A stretch of DNA of 64,000 nucleotides. It comes from Macrostomum lignano. Taxonomy: Eukaryota. The stretch is from assembly GCA_002269645.1 (NCBI GenBank), contig NIVC01000055.1, positions 183,765-247,764 of the forward strand, read 5' to 3'. Each line of letters begins with the position of its first letter. Position 1 is the first letter of the stretch. Below are positions 50,501-62,084 of this stretch, piece after piece. Below the pieces are notes generated by a model. It was given only the letters and a program-made list of their open reading frames with translations, was not told where the DNA came from and did not search any database. A program made the translations under genes and the position numbers.

Positions 50501-53500
50501 GCGTGAAAGCTTACTCAGCACTCCCATGGCCTGTCCACCCAGCGCCAGTCCCATGGCTTTCGAACGCGACTGCTCGTCGGGGAAAATGTAAGCCAACAGG
50601 GCGAAGCCTGCAAATTGGGGAGTTGAGAAGTGTCAGCAAATACTGACAGGTGACAGGCAACTCAGTGAAATGCTCTCACCAGCGATGGCGGTGCACGAGG
50701 AGCCAAGTCCGTGGATTGATCGACCGGCTAGAAATGCCCAGAAACTGTCAGCCAGGCTGTACACTGCAAGGTCGGGAGCAGGGTTTGACGAGGCAAATGT
50801 TCACTTGGCAAAGTTGCATATCGATTTGATTATAATCTATACAAACCATTACCAATGGCTGATGTAAACATTGTGAGCACTCCAACTAGGAGAACCGCCA
50901 CACAGCCGTGTCTGGAGCAGAAATCGAGCGATCGAATTTCTTTTAAAGTTTATTTTTTGCTGAATTGAGAGTCAGAGTTTGTCTACTGATAAGTAGAGTA
51001 TAGAGTTTGGATCAGAAAGGTTGCATGGGGCGAGAGTATACCGATACTCTGAAGTTTTTGTTCAGCCAAGCTAACGGGTGGCTTGGGCAGGTCAACCGAA
51101 GAAGTCTACGAACGTATAGCAACAGGAACCGATCCTGTCAGTATTACCCGGGCAGGGACCACCTCTTACGTTGTCCTTGCAGCCCGGGTTTGATTCGTTG
51201 ATTCTATGGTCAGATTGGGGTGTCAATTCGTGATTCTATGGTCGGATTGGGGTGTCAATTCGTTGATTCTATAGTCAGATTGGGGTGTCAATTCGTGATT
51301 CTATGGTCAGATTGGGGTGTCAATTCGTGATTCTATGGTCAGATTGGGGTGTCAATTCGTGATTCTATGGTCAGATTGGGGTGTCAATTCGTTGATTCTA
51401 TAATCAGATTGGGGTGTCAATTCGTTGATTCTATGGTCAGATTGGGGTGTCAATTTGTGATTCTATGGTCGGATTGGGGTGTCAATTCGTGATTCTATGG
51501 TCAGATTGGGGTGTCAATTCGTGATTCTATGGTCGGATTGGGGTGTCAATTCGTTGATTCTATAGTCAGATTGGGGTGTCAATTCGTGATTCTATGGTCA
51601 GATTGGGGTGTCAATTCGTGATTCTATGGTCAGATTGGGGTGTCAATTCGTGATTCTATAATCAGATTGGGGTGTCAATTCGTTGATTCTATGGTCAGAT
51701 TGGGGTGTCAATTTGTGATTCTATGGTCGGATTGGGGTGTCAATTCGTGATTCTATGGTCAGATTGGGGTGTCAATTCGTGATTCTATAGTCAGATTGGG
51801 GTGTCAATTCGTTGATTCTATGGTCAGATTGGGGTGTCAATTTGTGATTCTATGGTCGGATTGGGGTGTCAATTCGTGATTCTATGGTCGGATTGGGGTG
51901 TCAATTCGTTGATTCTATAGTCAGATTGGGGTGTCAATTCGTGATTCTATGGTCAGATTGGGGTGTCAATTCGTGATTCTATGGTCAGATTGGGGTGTCA
52001 ATTCGTGATTCTATGGTCAGATTGGGGTGTCAATTCGTGATTCTATGGTCAGATTGGGGTGTCAATTCGTGATTCTATGGTCAGATTGGGGTGTCAATTC
52101 GTGATTCTATGGTCAGATTGGGGTGTCAATTCGTGATTCTATAATCAGATTGGGGTGTCAATTCGTTGATTCTATGGTCAGATTGGGGTGTCAATTTGTG
52201 ATTCTATGGTCGGATTGGGGTGTCAATTCGTGATTTTATGGTCAGATTGGGGTGTCAATTCGTGATTCTATGGTCGGATTGGGGTGTCAATTCGTTGATT
52301 CTATAGTCAGATTGGGGTGTCAATTCGTGATTCTATGGTCAGATTGGGGTGTCAATTCGTGATTCTATGGTCAGATTGGGGTGTCAATTCGTGATTCTAT
52401 AATCAGATTGGGGTGTCAATTCGTTGATTCTATGGTCAGATTGGGGTGTCAATTTGTGATTCTATGGTCGGATTGGGGTCTCAATTCGTTGATTCTATGG
52501 TCGGATTGGGGTGTCAATTCGTGATTCTATGGTCAGATTGGGGTGTCAATTCGTGATTCTATGGTCAGATTGGGGTGTCAATTCGTGATTCTATAATCAG
52601 ATTGGGGTGTCAATTCGTTGATTCTATGGTCAGATTGGGGTGTCAATTCGTTGATTCTATAGTCAGATTGGGGTGTCAATTCGTGATTCTATGGTCAGAT
52701 TGGGGTGTCAATTCGTGATTCTATGGTCAGATTGGGGTGTCAATTCGTGATTCTATAATCAGATTGGGGTGTCAATTCGTTGATTCTATGGTCAGATTGG
52801 GGTGTCAATTTGTGATTCTATGGTCGGATTGGGGTCTCAATTCGTTGATTCTATGGTCGGATTGGGGTGTCAATTCGTGATTCTATGGTCAGATTGGGGT
52901 GTCAATTCGTGATTCTATGGTCAGATTGGGGTGTCAATTCGTGATTCTATAATCAGATTGGGGTGTCAATTCGTTGATTCTATGGTCAGATTGGGGTGTC
53001 AATTTGTGATTCTATGGTCAGATTGGGGTCTCAATTCGTTGATTCTATGGTCAGATTGGGTGTCAATTCGTTGATTCTATGGTCAGATTGGGGTGTCAAT
53101 TCGTTGATTCTATGGTCAGATTGGGTGTCAATTCGTGATTCTATGGTCAGATTGGGGTGTCAATTCGTTGATTCTATAGTCAGATTGGGGTGTCAATTCG
53201 TTGATTCTATGGTCGGATTGGGGTGTCAATTCGTTGATTCTATGGTCAGATTGGGGTGTCAATTCGTTGATTCTATGGTCGGATTAGGGTGTCAATTCGT
53301 TGATTCTATGGTCAGATTGGGGTGTCAATTCGTGATTCTATAATCAGATTGGGGTGTCAATTCGTTGATTCTATGGTCAGATTGGGGTGTCAATTTGTGA
53401 TTCTATGGTCAGATTGGGGTCTCAATTCGTTGATTCTATGGTCAGATTGGGTGTCAATTCGTTGATTCTATGGTCAGATTGGGGTGTCAATTCGTTGATT

Positions 53501-55584
53501 CTATGGTCAGATTGGGTGTCAATTCGTGATTCTATGGTCAGATTGGGGTGTCAATTCGTTGATTCTATAGTCAGATTGGGGTGTCAATTCGTTGATTCTA
53601 TGGTCGGATTGGGGTGTCAATTCGTTGATTCTATGGTCAGATTGGGGTGTCAATTCGTTGATTCTATGGTCGGATTAGGGTGTCAATTCGTTGATTCTAT
53701 GGTCAGATTGGGGTGTCAATTCGTGATTCCATGGTCGGATTGGGGTCTCAATTCGTTGATTCTATGGTCGGATTGGGGTGTCAATTCGTTGATTCTATGG
53801 TCAGATTGGGGTGTCAATTCGTGATTCTATGGTCGGATTGGGGTGTCAATTCGTTGATTCTATGGTCAGATTGGGGTGTCAATTCGTGATTCTATGGTCG
53901 GATTGGGGTGTCAATTCGTGATTCTATGGTCAGATTGGGGTGTCAATTCGTGATTCTATGGTCAGATTGGGGTGTCAATTTGTGATTCTATGGTCGGATT
54001 GGGGTGTCAATTCGTTGATTCTATGGTCAGATTGGGGTGTCAATTCGTGATTCTATGGTCAGATTGGGGTGTCAATTCGTGATTCTATGGTCAGATTGGG
54101 GTGTCAATTCGTTGATTTTATGGTCGGATTGGGGTCTCAATTCGTTGATTCTATGGTCGGATTGGGGTGTCAATTCGTTGATTCTATGGTCGGATTGGGG
54201 TGTCAATTCGTTGATTCTATGGTCGGATTGGGGTGTCAATTCGTTGATTCTATGGTCGGAATGGGGTGTCAATTCGTGATTCTATGGTCGGATTGGGGTG
54301 TCAATTCGTTGATTCTATGGTCGGATTGGGGTGTCAATTCGTTGATTCTATGGTCAGATTGGGGTGTCAATTCGTGATTCCATGGTCGGATTGGGGTGTC
54401 AATTCGTTGATTCTATGGTCGGATTGGGGTGTCAATTCGTTGATTCTATGGTCAGATTGGGGTGTCAATTCGTGATTCCATGGTCGGATTGGGGTCTCAA
54501 TTCGTGATTCTATGGTCAGATTGGGGTGTCAATTCGTGATTCCATGGTCGGATTGGGGTCTCAATTCGTTGATTCTATGGTCGGATTGGGGTGTCAATTC
54601 GTTGATTCTATGGTCAGATTGGGGTGTCAATTCGTGATTCTATGGTCAGATTGGGGTGTCAATTCGTGATTCCATGGTCGGATTGGGGTCTCAATTCGTT
54701 GATTCTATGGTCGGATTGGGGTGTCAATTCGTGATTCCATGGTCGGATTGGGGTGTCAATTCGTTGATTCTATGGTCGGATTGGCGTGCGAAAAAACCTG
54801 CTCACTTATTGACAAAATGTCCCACAAACGGGTTGGTGACAATCTGCACAAGCGACCTCGAGGCCAGTAAGCAGCCCACTTTGTCGTTTTCGTCGGAGAT
54901 GTCCAACAGTTTGCGGATGTCGTCGACCACGGGAAGACTGCCGGATGCGCCCTGGCTGTCTACCCGGCTGCTGGCAGCTGCGCCCAAGATGCTGGCATTT
55001 CTTGCGGACTGCTGGTTGAAGCTGGCTGCTCTAGCCGAATGGAGATCTCGCTCGTAGAGGTAGTGTGGAATAATTGGCGCTGCAAGTCGGGATGGTTTTG
55101 TATCGCATGCACCATCGGGGCTAAAATATGCTGTTAGAGGACTAAATATTCAGCGAAAGGCATTTAAATTTATCGAAATTTACAACCGTTAAAGCACTGT
55201 AGTGTACAGCCACATATAGCAGTGTTAGACATGTCAGTGACTATAAAAGGTTCTACTTCTGTAAAGTTAGAGACTCAACAATGAGAGACTAGGGAGTGAC
55301 ACTACATGCAATGACGGGCTCTGATACTTACACACTGAAGTGACAGAACTTGACACTCTACAGTGACCGCACTGCTTGGAATCTGCTTAGAAGTCATGCA
55401 GTTTGCAGTAGTGTTCAGTCAGACCCCGAGAACTTAAGCAAAAAAATGGCTCACCGATGGCGGTGACTAGGCACTGGTCGAATAAGTTGACGGCAATCAC
55501 CAAGCCCAGGATGAAGGGTTTCGAGTTCTCCAGTTGACACCTCACTGACGCCGCTAGTCGAATGGCAAAAGCGATGGCGCCCAT
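47579..55584 (-). CDS. SLC18A: SLC18 vesicular amine transporter (VMAT-like, divergent), 507 aa, 12 exons
   Basis: Exons 55584-55455, 55079-54806, 50911-50853, 50763-50680, 50607-50515, 49900-49811, 49731-49691, 49524-49362, 49279-49149, 48783-48600, 48425-48259, 47686-47579; all GT-AG, total 1524 nt. Motifs [87 protein letters not shown]..TM...KWQLG, GTVDASLFPLLGNLVDTRH..SYGSVY. Intron positions resemble vertebrate VMAT genes as I recall them. Confidence 0.93.
50081..50402 (-). mobile_element. tRNA-derived SINE (MetaSINE-like central domain), apparently full length, with a (TTA)n tail; in VMAT intron 5
   Basis: Minus strand: GTAGTTTAGTGGTCAGAGCG (A box), GGGTTCGATTCTC (B box), TGTGTCCTTGAGCAAGAGACTTAACTC...CACCCAGCTGTAAGATGGGTGCC, ending in ATTATTATTATT. 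Confidence 0.8.
51195..54783. repeat. 3.6-kb intronic minisatellite, 33/34-bp unit (GATTCTATGGTCAGATTGGGGTGTCAATTCGT[T])
   Basis: About 107 copies filling over 90% of VMAT intron 2 (50912-54805). Confidence 0.98.
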
Positions 55585-58065
55585 TTTTTCTTCGAGCTAT
55601 AGCGGGAACGAACCGAGCAGAATTGAGCTCCGGTTCATTAATTTTTCCCCAACCCTTATATTCTTCTCCAGCTTGGATTCGGAATCCAATGGGGTGATCG
55701 AGTGCACACCCACCGATCCAGGTTCGAAATTTTTTTAAGAAAGTGTGGGAGAACGATTGAGCGTGTGTGGCTCAGAGGCGATAAAGGAGCTCTGGAAAAG
55801 TCTGAAGCGATATCACCGCAACAGTGAGCTCGAATATATTCGACTTCAGCAGTTATTACTTTTTCGTTTTTGCTTTTGCAGAGTACCTTTGGGAGTTGGA
55901 GCCGTTCATTTAGCCAAGATTTCCTCGCTAGGCCAGTTTGGCATCGCTCGATGAACCTTGAAATGAAGTTTTCATGCAAATAAAGAAGCGCACTGCATCG
56001 ATATATTTTCAGAGAAATATGCTGAACTTGGTACAAAAATTATTTCAAGGTTGGTAAAGACAATTCACGAATTTTCTCCCTTTTGTAGACCTCAGAGACA
56101 TGCACAGTTTTTTGCTGTGCTGAGATCCAATTGCTTTCGTTAGATATAAGAGAAGCAAATATTCAGAAACATTTATATGCTCGTATATTTAGGCTTACAT
56201 CCGCACGTGTACGAAGTTCGACTGTATGATCAGATTAAATTTAAGATCTATGCAAAACTTTATGCATTATGTACAACTTCATAGTATTTTATTTTAGAGC
56301 GTAATCGAATTCCGTACTTTTTTGTATTTTTGAATGCGTTAATTGGGCGGTCTTTTAACGCCAGAGTTGTACTGTGTGTGTATGCATTTTTCATAAACAT
56401 ATTGAATTTTTATGAAAAAAAGAATGAAAAACAAAACAAATCTTAGTATAAATAAAATTCTAACATTCTAATATCGTTTGAAAATTTATTTTATGCTTTG
56501 GTAAACTTTAAATAAATAGAGACTGCATGGTGCAGCCTCATCTTCGTATAATTATCGTTCAATAACTAAGCGTTTAACTGTTCGATATTGTTCAATTATG
56601 CGAAATTTAGCTAAAACCAACTGACCCATTATATTTTAGGACAACCAGTTTTCATTAAGTTTCCAAAGTTTCAAAGCTTTCCAAAGCATACACAGCCTTA
56701 ATCGTTGTCGAACGAAACCTCGACGCGATGAAAATCATTTATCGATTAAAATCATAAATTCATTAAAAGCCGACGGGAGGCCCCTTGCGCGCACGCGCTC
56801 GCAGAGCAGGCGAGAGGGGCAGGTTGCAGCAGCCTGAGGGGTCAGCTCAAGCGCCTGCAAGTCAGCGATGAGGCAGTCCGTTAGAGTGGTAGTGCCAAAG
56901 TTGGCATTAGCTATAACAAAAGCAAGCAACTTTTGGTAACAGAAAACTGTATTGTCTTATTTTTTCCCTTTCAAAAATATAAAATTCTATTAAACTCATG
57001 CAAAGCTTTCGTTTTCTATAATTTTTTTACGCACAATAAAGCGAAATAAAAAATTCATAGAAACCACGAAAATACTCAAATGATCGCAATTTACATCAAC
57101 AAAGCCAACGAAAGAACTTCACTTCACTTCACCTATTTTTTCTAATATGACATAGTCGAAAAAGGAGCTGAAAGAAGATCAATATTCACTTAAACAGAGT
57201 TTCCGATTTTTTTAGTTTTGAGGCATAAGCATTTTTTTCTTATTTAGACATCGAAGTTAATTTTTACTCGTCCTGCCAATATATTCAAGTTACTAAATTG
57301 TCATTGTCGACTTTCTATGATACGAGAACAAACTTTTTAAAATATAATATCGTTCTGTTAGTGTTAGTATATATTTACTTTTTTGCAATTTAATTGTGCT
57401 CCTTATCGCTGGTCCAAAAATGATAGTCCTCAAATTATCACAAGTTTAGTTTTTCTCTTTTATTTTATTTTCTAGTCTTTTATGAGTGTGGGATAACTAA
57501 GGGAGTATAGTTAGCTCTAAATATGTAGTGTTGAATTTTCTTTTGTTTTCAAGTTTCTTTGGTTAAATATTTATTAATTGTTAGACGATTTACTGAATTA
57601 AAGCCTTAATTTAAATATATTTTTATATAACGATTTCAGGTACAGTGCTACTTTTGGTTTAAAGCAGATCAATTTAAAAAATCAGGTTAAAATAAATAAA
57701 TATATATAAAATAAAAATAAAAATAAATAAATAAATAAATCTATTTGAATAAGTATATTTTCCATATGTATTAATAAAATAGAAGTAATTTGAATCTATC
57801 ATTCTTTTAAATATTTTGATAGTCCTTAAAACTCATATTTTATTTTATTATCAAATACCTAACTTTAATTTGTAAAAGCTAGAGATTTTCTATTTCTCAG
57901 TTAAAAGACTAACATCAGTATTAACTGTTTCTTACTTGTTTTTTATTTTTTCTAAATTTCTAGGTCTGCAACCAACTTGGCAAGCCACTCTGTGCAACCA
58001 GTTAACAAGCAGCCTGTCCTCTCCAGACAGTAGTGGATTAAGCATTGCAGCCAGGGCCGCATGAA

Positions 58066-58863
58066 ATGGACATTCACGTGAAGAAGAGTCGCAAAGTGAA
58101 GGGAGTTCGCCAGAAGCTGAAATTATTTCGAGCAAATGAACCGCTGAAGTCAGTTATAATGTGGGGCATCAGCTACTCTGTAAGTACCTTCCAGAATAAT
58201 TATATCAAGGTAGTGGACAGGAAGATGGAGAGGAAGCAAGCGGGGAGAGAGGGAGAGGAAGGGAGCGGTGAGAGAGAGAGGGGAAGGGAGCGGGGAGAGG
58301 GAGAGGAAGGGAGCGGGGGAGGAGAGAGGAAGGGAGGGGGAGGGGAGAGGAAGGGAGCGGAGGGGGGAGAGGAAGGGAGCGAATGAGAGGAGAGAAATGG
58401 AGAGGGAGAGGAAGGGAGCGAATGAGAGGAGAGAAATGGAGAGGGAGAGGAAGGGAGCGGGTCGGGAGAATGTTTGGAGATCGAGAGAAGCGAGAATGAA
58501 TTCCCTAGCCAGATTTCCAAACAGTGCATCACGTGACCAATACCACAACCTGGCACCAACTTCCAGTTCGAGCAGCTGAACCATGTGAATAAGCGCACAA
58601 TGCTGCTGCCTGACGATTTCAAGAGCTATCTGAAGGTCAAGGTCGACAACCATCTGTTTAACAAGTGAGTGCCTTTATAAGCTTAATGGCCTTCGACTTC
58701 GATTTCTTTGTATGCAAAAGTTTTGCATTCAATCAGTCAGGTTTCCTGTTCAGTTCAGGTTAATTACAATCACGCAGCTTCCTTCCAGTAAGCTTGATGA
58801 ATTATCAATTTAATCTGTTGGCTCTGTGTAGATGAACTGAGAAACGGTCGTTTAATTAGCTTT

Positions 58864-58902
<39 letters not shown>

Positions 58903-60625
58903 GAAACAGCTGAGAGACTTTAAGCTGTAGCAGATGCAGCCAGGTGAGCCGGATTTACGCTGTTGTTAATCTGAGATGAGCCGCCTGTGTCAGCACGCAA
59001 TGCTTAGCATGGAGCTGCTGTTTACTCCTCTAGGGGGCAGGTAAAGTAATCGGCAGGTCTGCCTTCTATAGTGGGAGGTGAGTAATTTTACCGCCATTGA
59101 ATGCTCTGCGTCGCGCTTCTATCAGTAGCTAAATTGTCAGGTTATGCTGGTTGCTAGGGTAGGAATGAATGAGACAGAGTTGCACTGCAGGAAAATGTGA
59201 TGATAATAGAGGAAAAGCGATGGGGGAATTTATAGTAGTTAATAACGATGAGGGAGGGACAACAAGATAGGGCAGGGCAGGAGAGCCAGGAGAGAGGGGG
59301 AGACAGGGAAGGTGAGAGGGGGGAGACACGGGGGACAGGGAAAGTGAGAGAGGGGGAGACAGGGAAAGTGAGAGAGGGGGAGACAGGGGACAGGGAAAGT
59401 GAGAGAGGGGGAGACAGAGAAGGTGAGAGAGGGGGAGACAGGGGACAGGGAAAGTGAGAGAGAAGGGGAGACGGAAGGTGAGAGAGGGGAGACAGGGGAC
59501 AGGGAAAGTGAGAGAGGGGGAGACAGGGGACAGGGAAAGTGAGAGGGGGAGACAGAGAAGGTGAGAGGGGGGAGACAGGGGACAGGGAAAGTGAGAGAGG
59601 GGGAGACAGGGGACAGGGAAAGTGAGAGAGGGGGAGACAGAGAAGGTGAGAGAGGGGGAGACAGGGGACAGGGAAAGTGAGAGAGAAGGGGAGACGGAAG
59701 GTGAGAGAGGGGGAGACAGGGGACAGGGAAAGTGAGAGAGGGGGAGACAGAGAAGGTGAGAGAGGGGGAGACAGGGGACAGGGAAAGTGAGAGAGGGGGA
59801 GACGGAAGGTGAGAGAGGGGAGACAGGGGACAGGGAAAGTGAGAGAGGGGGAGACAGGGAAGGTGAGAGAGGGAGACATGGAAGGTAAGTGGGGGAGACA
59901 GGGAAGGGGAGAGAGGGAGACAGGGAAGGTGAGAGGGGGAGACAGGGAAGGTGAGAGGGGGAGACAGGGAAGGGAGAGAGGGAGACAGGGAAGGGAGAGA
60001 GGGAGACAGGGAAGATGAGAAAGGGGGAGACAGGAAAGGATTAAGGAAAGGGAGCTAGAGAGAAGACAGAGAAAAAGAGAGGGAAAAGGAGAGGAGACAG
60101 GGAAGGGGATGAGTGAGGAGGAGGCTGGACAAAGACTTCGTCAATCAGTGCGCACTTTTCAGTTTCCAATCGATCAAATATCATCCAACTGAATATTGGT
60201 ATAGATTCATCTACTTTCTAATTTTTAACGAATTTTAATGAAAATGAATCGAAACGATTTTTCCAACCTCCCAGAGACAACATGCCCAGCCGCTTCCAGT
60301 TCAAGGAGTACTGCCCGCTAGTGTTCGCCGACCTGCGCGCCAAGTTCGGCGTGGCGGACTCCGCAGACCTGCTGTCCAGCTGGACGAAGCGCCAGCCGCA
60401 CTGGGACAGCTCGCTCGGCCGGGCTGATGCTCGCTTCCTGTGCACCCAAAATCGGCGATACGTGCTCCGCCTGATCACCTGCGAGGAGGTGGAACAGGTG
60501 CACCAGGTGCTGCAAGCCTATCACGGATATATTGTCGAATGCTCAGCCGCCACCCTGCTGCCTCAGTACCTGGCTATGTACAGGGCTACTGTTGAGGACA
60601 CCGACTACTACCTGCTCATGATGCG
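58066..60625 (+). CDS. PIP4K2: PIP4K2 (type II PI5P 4-kinase)-like, first three coding exons; 3' half not in the window
   Basis: Exons 58066-58179, 58567-58664, 60275-60625 (phases 0, 2, ends in phase 2). QKLKLFRANEPLKSVIMWGISYS / MLLPDDFKSYLKVKVDNHLFNK / DNMPSRFQFKEYCPLVFADLRAKFG...YIVECSAATLLPQYLAMYR match PIP4K2. The next expected exon (NVF...YDLKGS) was not found before 62085. Confidence 0.92.
58230..58470. repeat. Polypurine (GA) tract in PIP4K2 intron 1
   Basis: GAGGAAGGGAGCG-type units. Confidence 0.85.
59270..60120. repeat. Polypurine minisatellite (GGGGAGACAGGGGACAGGGAAAGTGAGAGA-type) in PIP4K2 intron 2
   Basis: About 850 bp that are almost entirely G/A. Confidence 0.92.
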
Positions 60626-62084
60626 GTGAGCTGCTTCCCAATAGAAAAGTTCAACACCGGACAATATGGAAGCTGCAAGCGTGTAAAACTCTGCACAAAA
60701 ATTGGCCGTAGGGTTGTTGCGTCTTTCGCAGCCATGAGGTCCAACACCCCCAAGGCACAAAGTGGGTGCATGCCTAACGATTAGAAAGTCGGGGCCGCTT
60801 TACACCCTTTGTGAGCGTGTGTGTGAGTATTGGTGCGCTTGTATTGTGCCACAAGGCATTGCGCCACGTTGCCTTGTGGGCTGGCGCTCAAAGGCGTTAA
60901 TTGCATGAGCAGAGCCAAACCGAGATTCCTTGGAATCGAGCCTGGGCCGCGTGTGCAATGACCCCAGCCCTGAGCTCTTTGTCAATCGGTGTGCAAATAC
61001 AAATCGAATTTCTTTCGCCAATTAAAATCCGAATTGAGCAGTGAAGGGAGCAGCACTCGCATCTGCCAAGTGCACTCGAAGCCAACTGAACCGACGGACC
61101 CAACCCCTTCTCTCTTTCCCGCCTCCTTCCCGCCTCTACTCTCTCTCCCCCGCTATATCGACTTCATTTTCGAGTCCGTCCCTCGAGCTGTCAGCCGACT
61201 GAGCCACTCATTCCCGGCCTTCTCCCCTACACTCGGCTTCTCTCCACGTTGGACTCATCCATCATTAATTTGTGTCCAAACTGGTCGCTGATCTCCTTCA
61301 TGCCTCTCCCTGATCAGAGTCAGCTCAAGTCTATCATGATCGGTCATTTGTCAGCCAATGTAAAATATTTTATAGAAGCAGTCCATTTTTTGAGGAGATG
61401 CTCTTCAGAATCTATTTGTTGTCTGCTGTCCCATTCAGGCGAATTAGTTGCACCTGTGCGTCCCCACCTTTCAGCTAAATTTTGCTTTGCAAATTGCTTC
61501 TTTTCTGCTTTAAGCTCGCCGTTGATTGCTTTCGGATGCTGAGGTTCCCGGTCTCAGCTGGAGACCAGAGATGCCTGCCCCCCCGCGAGCATCGACCCAA
61601 TCCTCTCTCCCCTCCGCTCCTCTCCCGATGCTCCATTTTGTCATTTCCCAATCCCACTCCCCGCGCTCCTCCAGGCCTTCCGCTGCAATATTTCATTTCC
61701 TCCTTGAAGAAGCTGACTTCAAGCCGCGCGGCATCGGCCCTGCTACCAGGCTGAAAATAAAATTCTCCCCCCTGTCTCTCTCTACCGTGGGCAGTCATGC
61801 GGATATTCCCATATCTGATCCTGATCCCCACTTGGATAATCCGTGCTGGCGCTTCTCCGCTTACTAGGATGGCGAGGCAGTGGATTCCCGGCTTAGCAAC
61901 CCTGTCCCGCTGTGCGTGCTCGCAGAGGTGTTTCGCGATGGATTTCCTGGGAGACAGACATGTTGGATTCGTTTGAAGACTTCTTCACTATCTAATCTCA
62001 ATGAACTGCTCTCCCTCGCTCTTGCTTCACTCTCAAAATGTACTTCTCTGACACCAAAATGCCCTCTCCTGTCTTGTCCTGACA

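Noticed and set aside
51195-54783. Regular ~33-bp repeats as a possible CRISPR array (also 4330-4885, 9835-11190, 43905-45045)
   Set aside because: Head-to-tail units with no unique spacers, no cas genes, and a eukaryotic intronic context.
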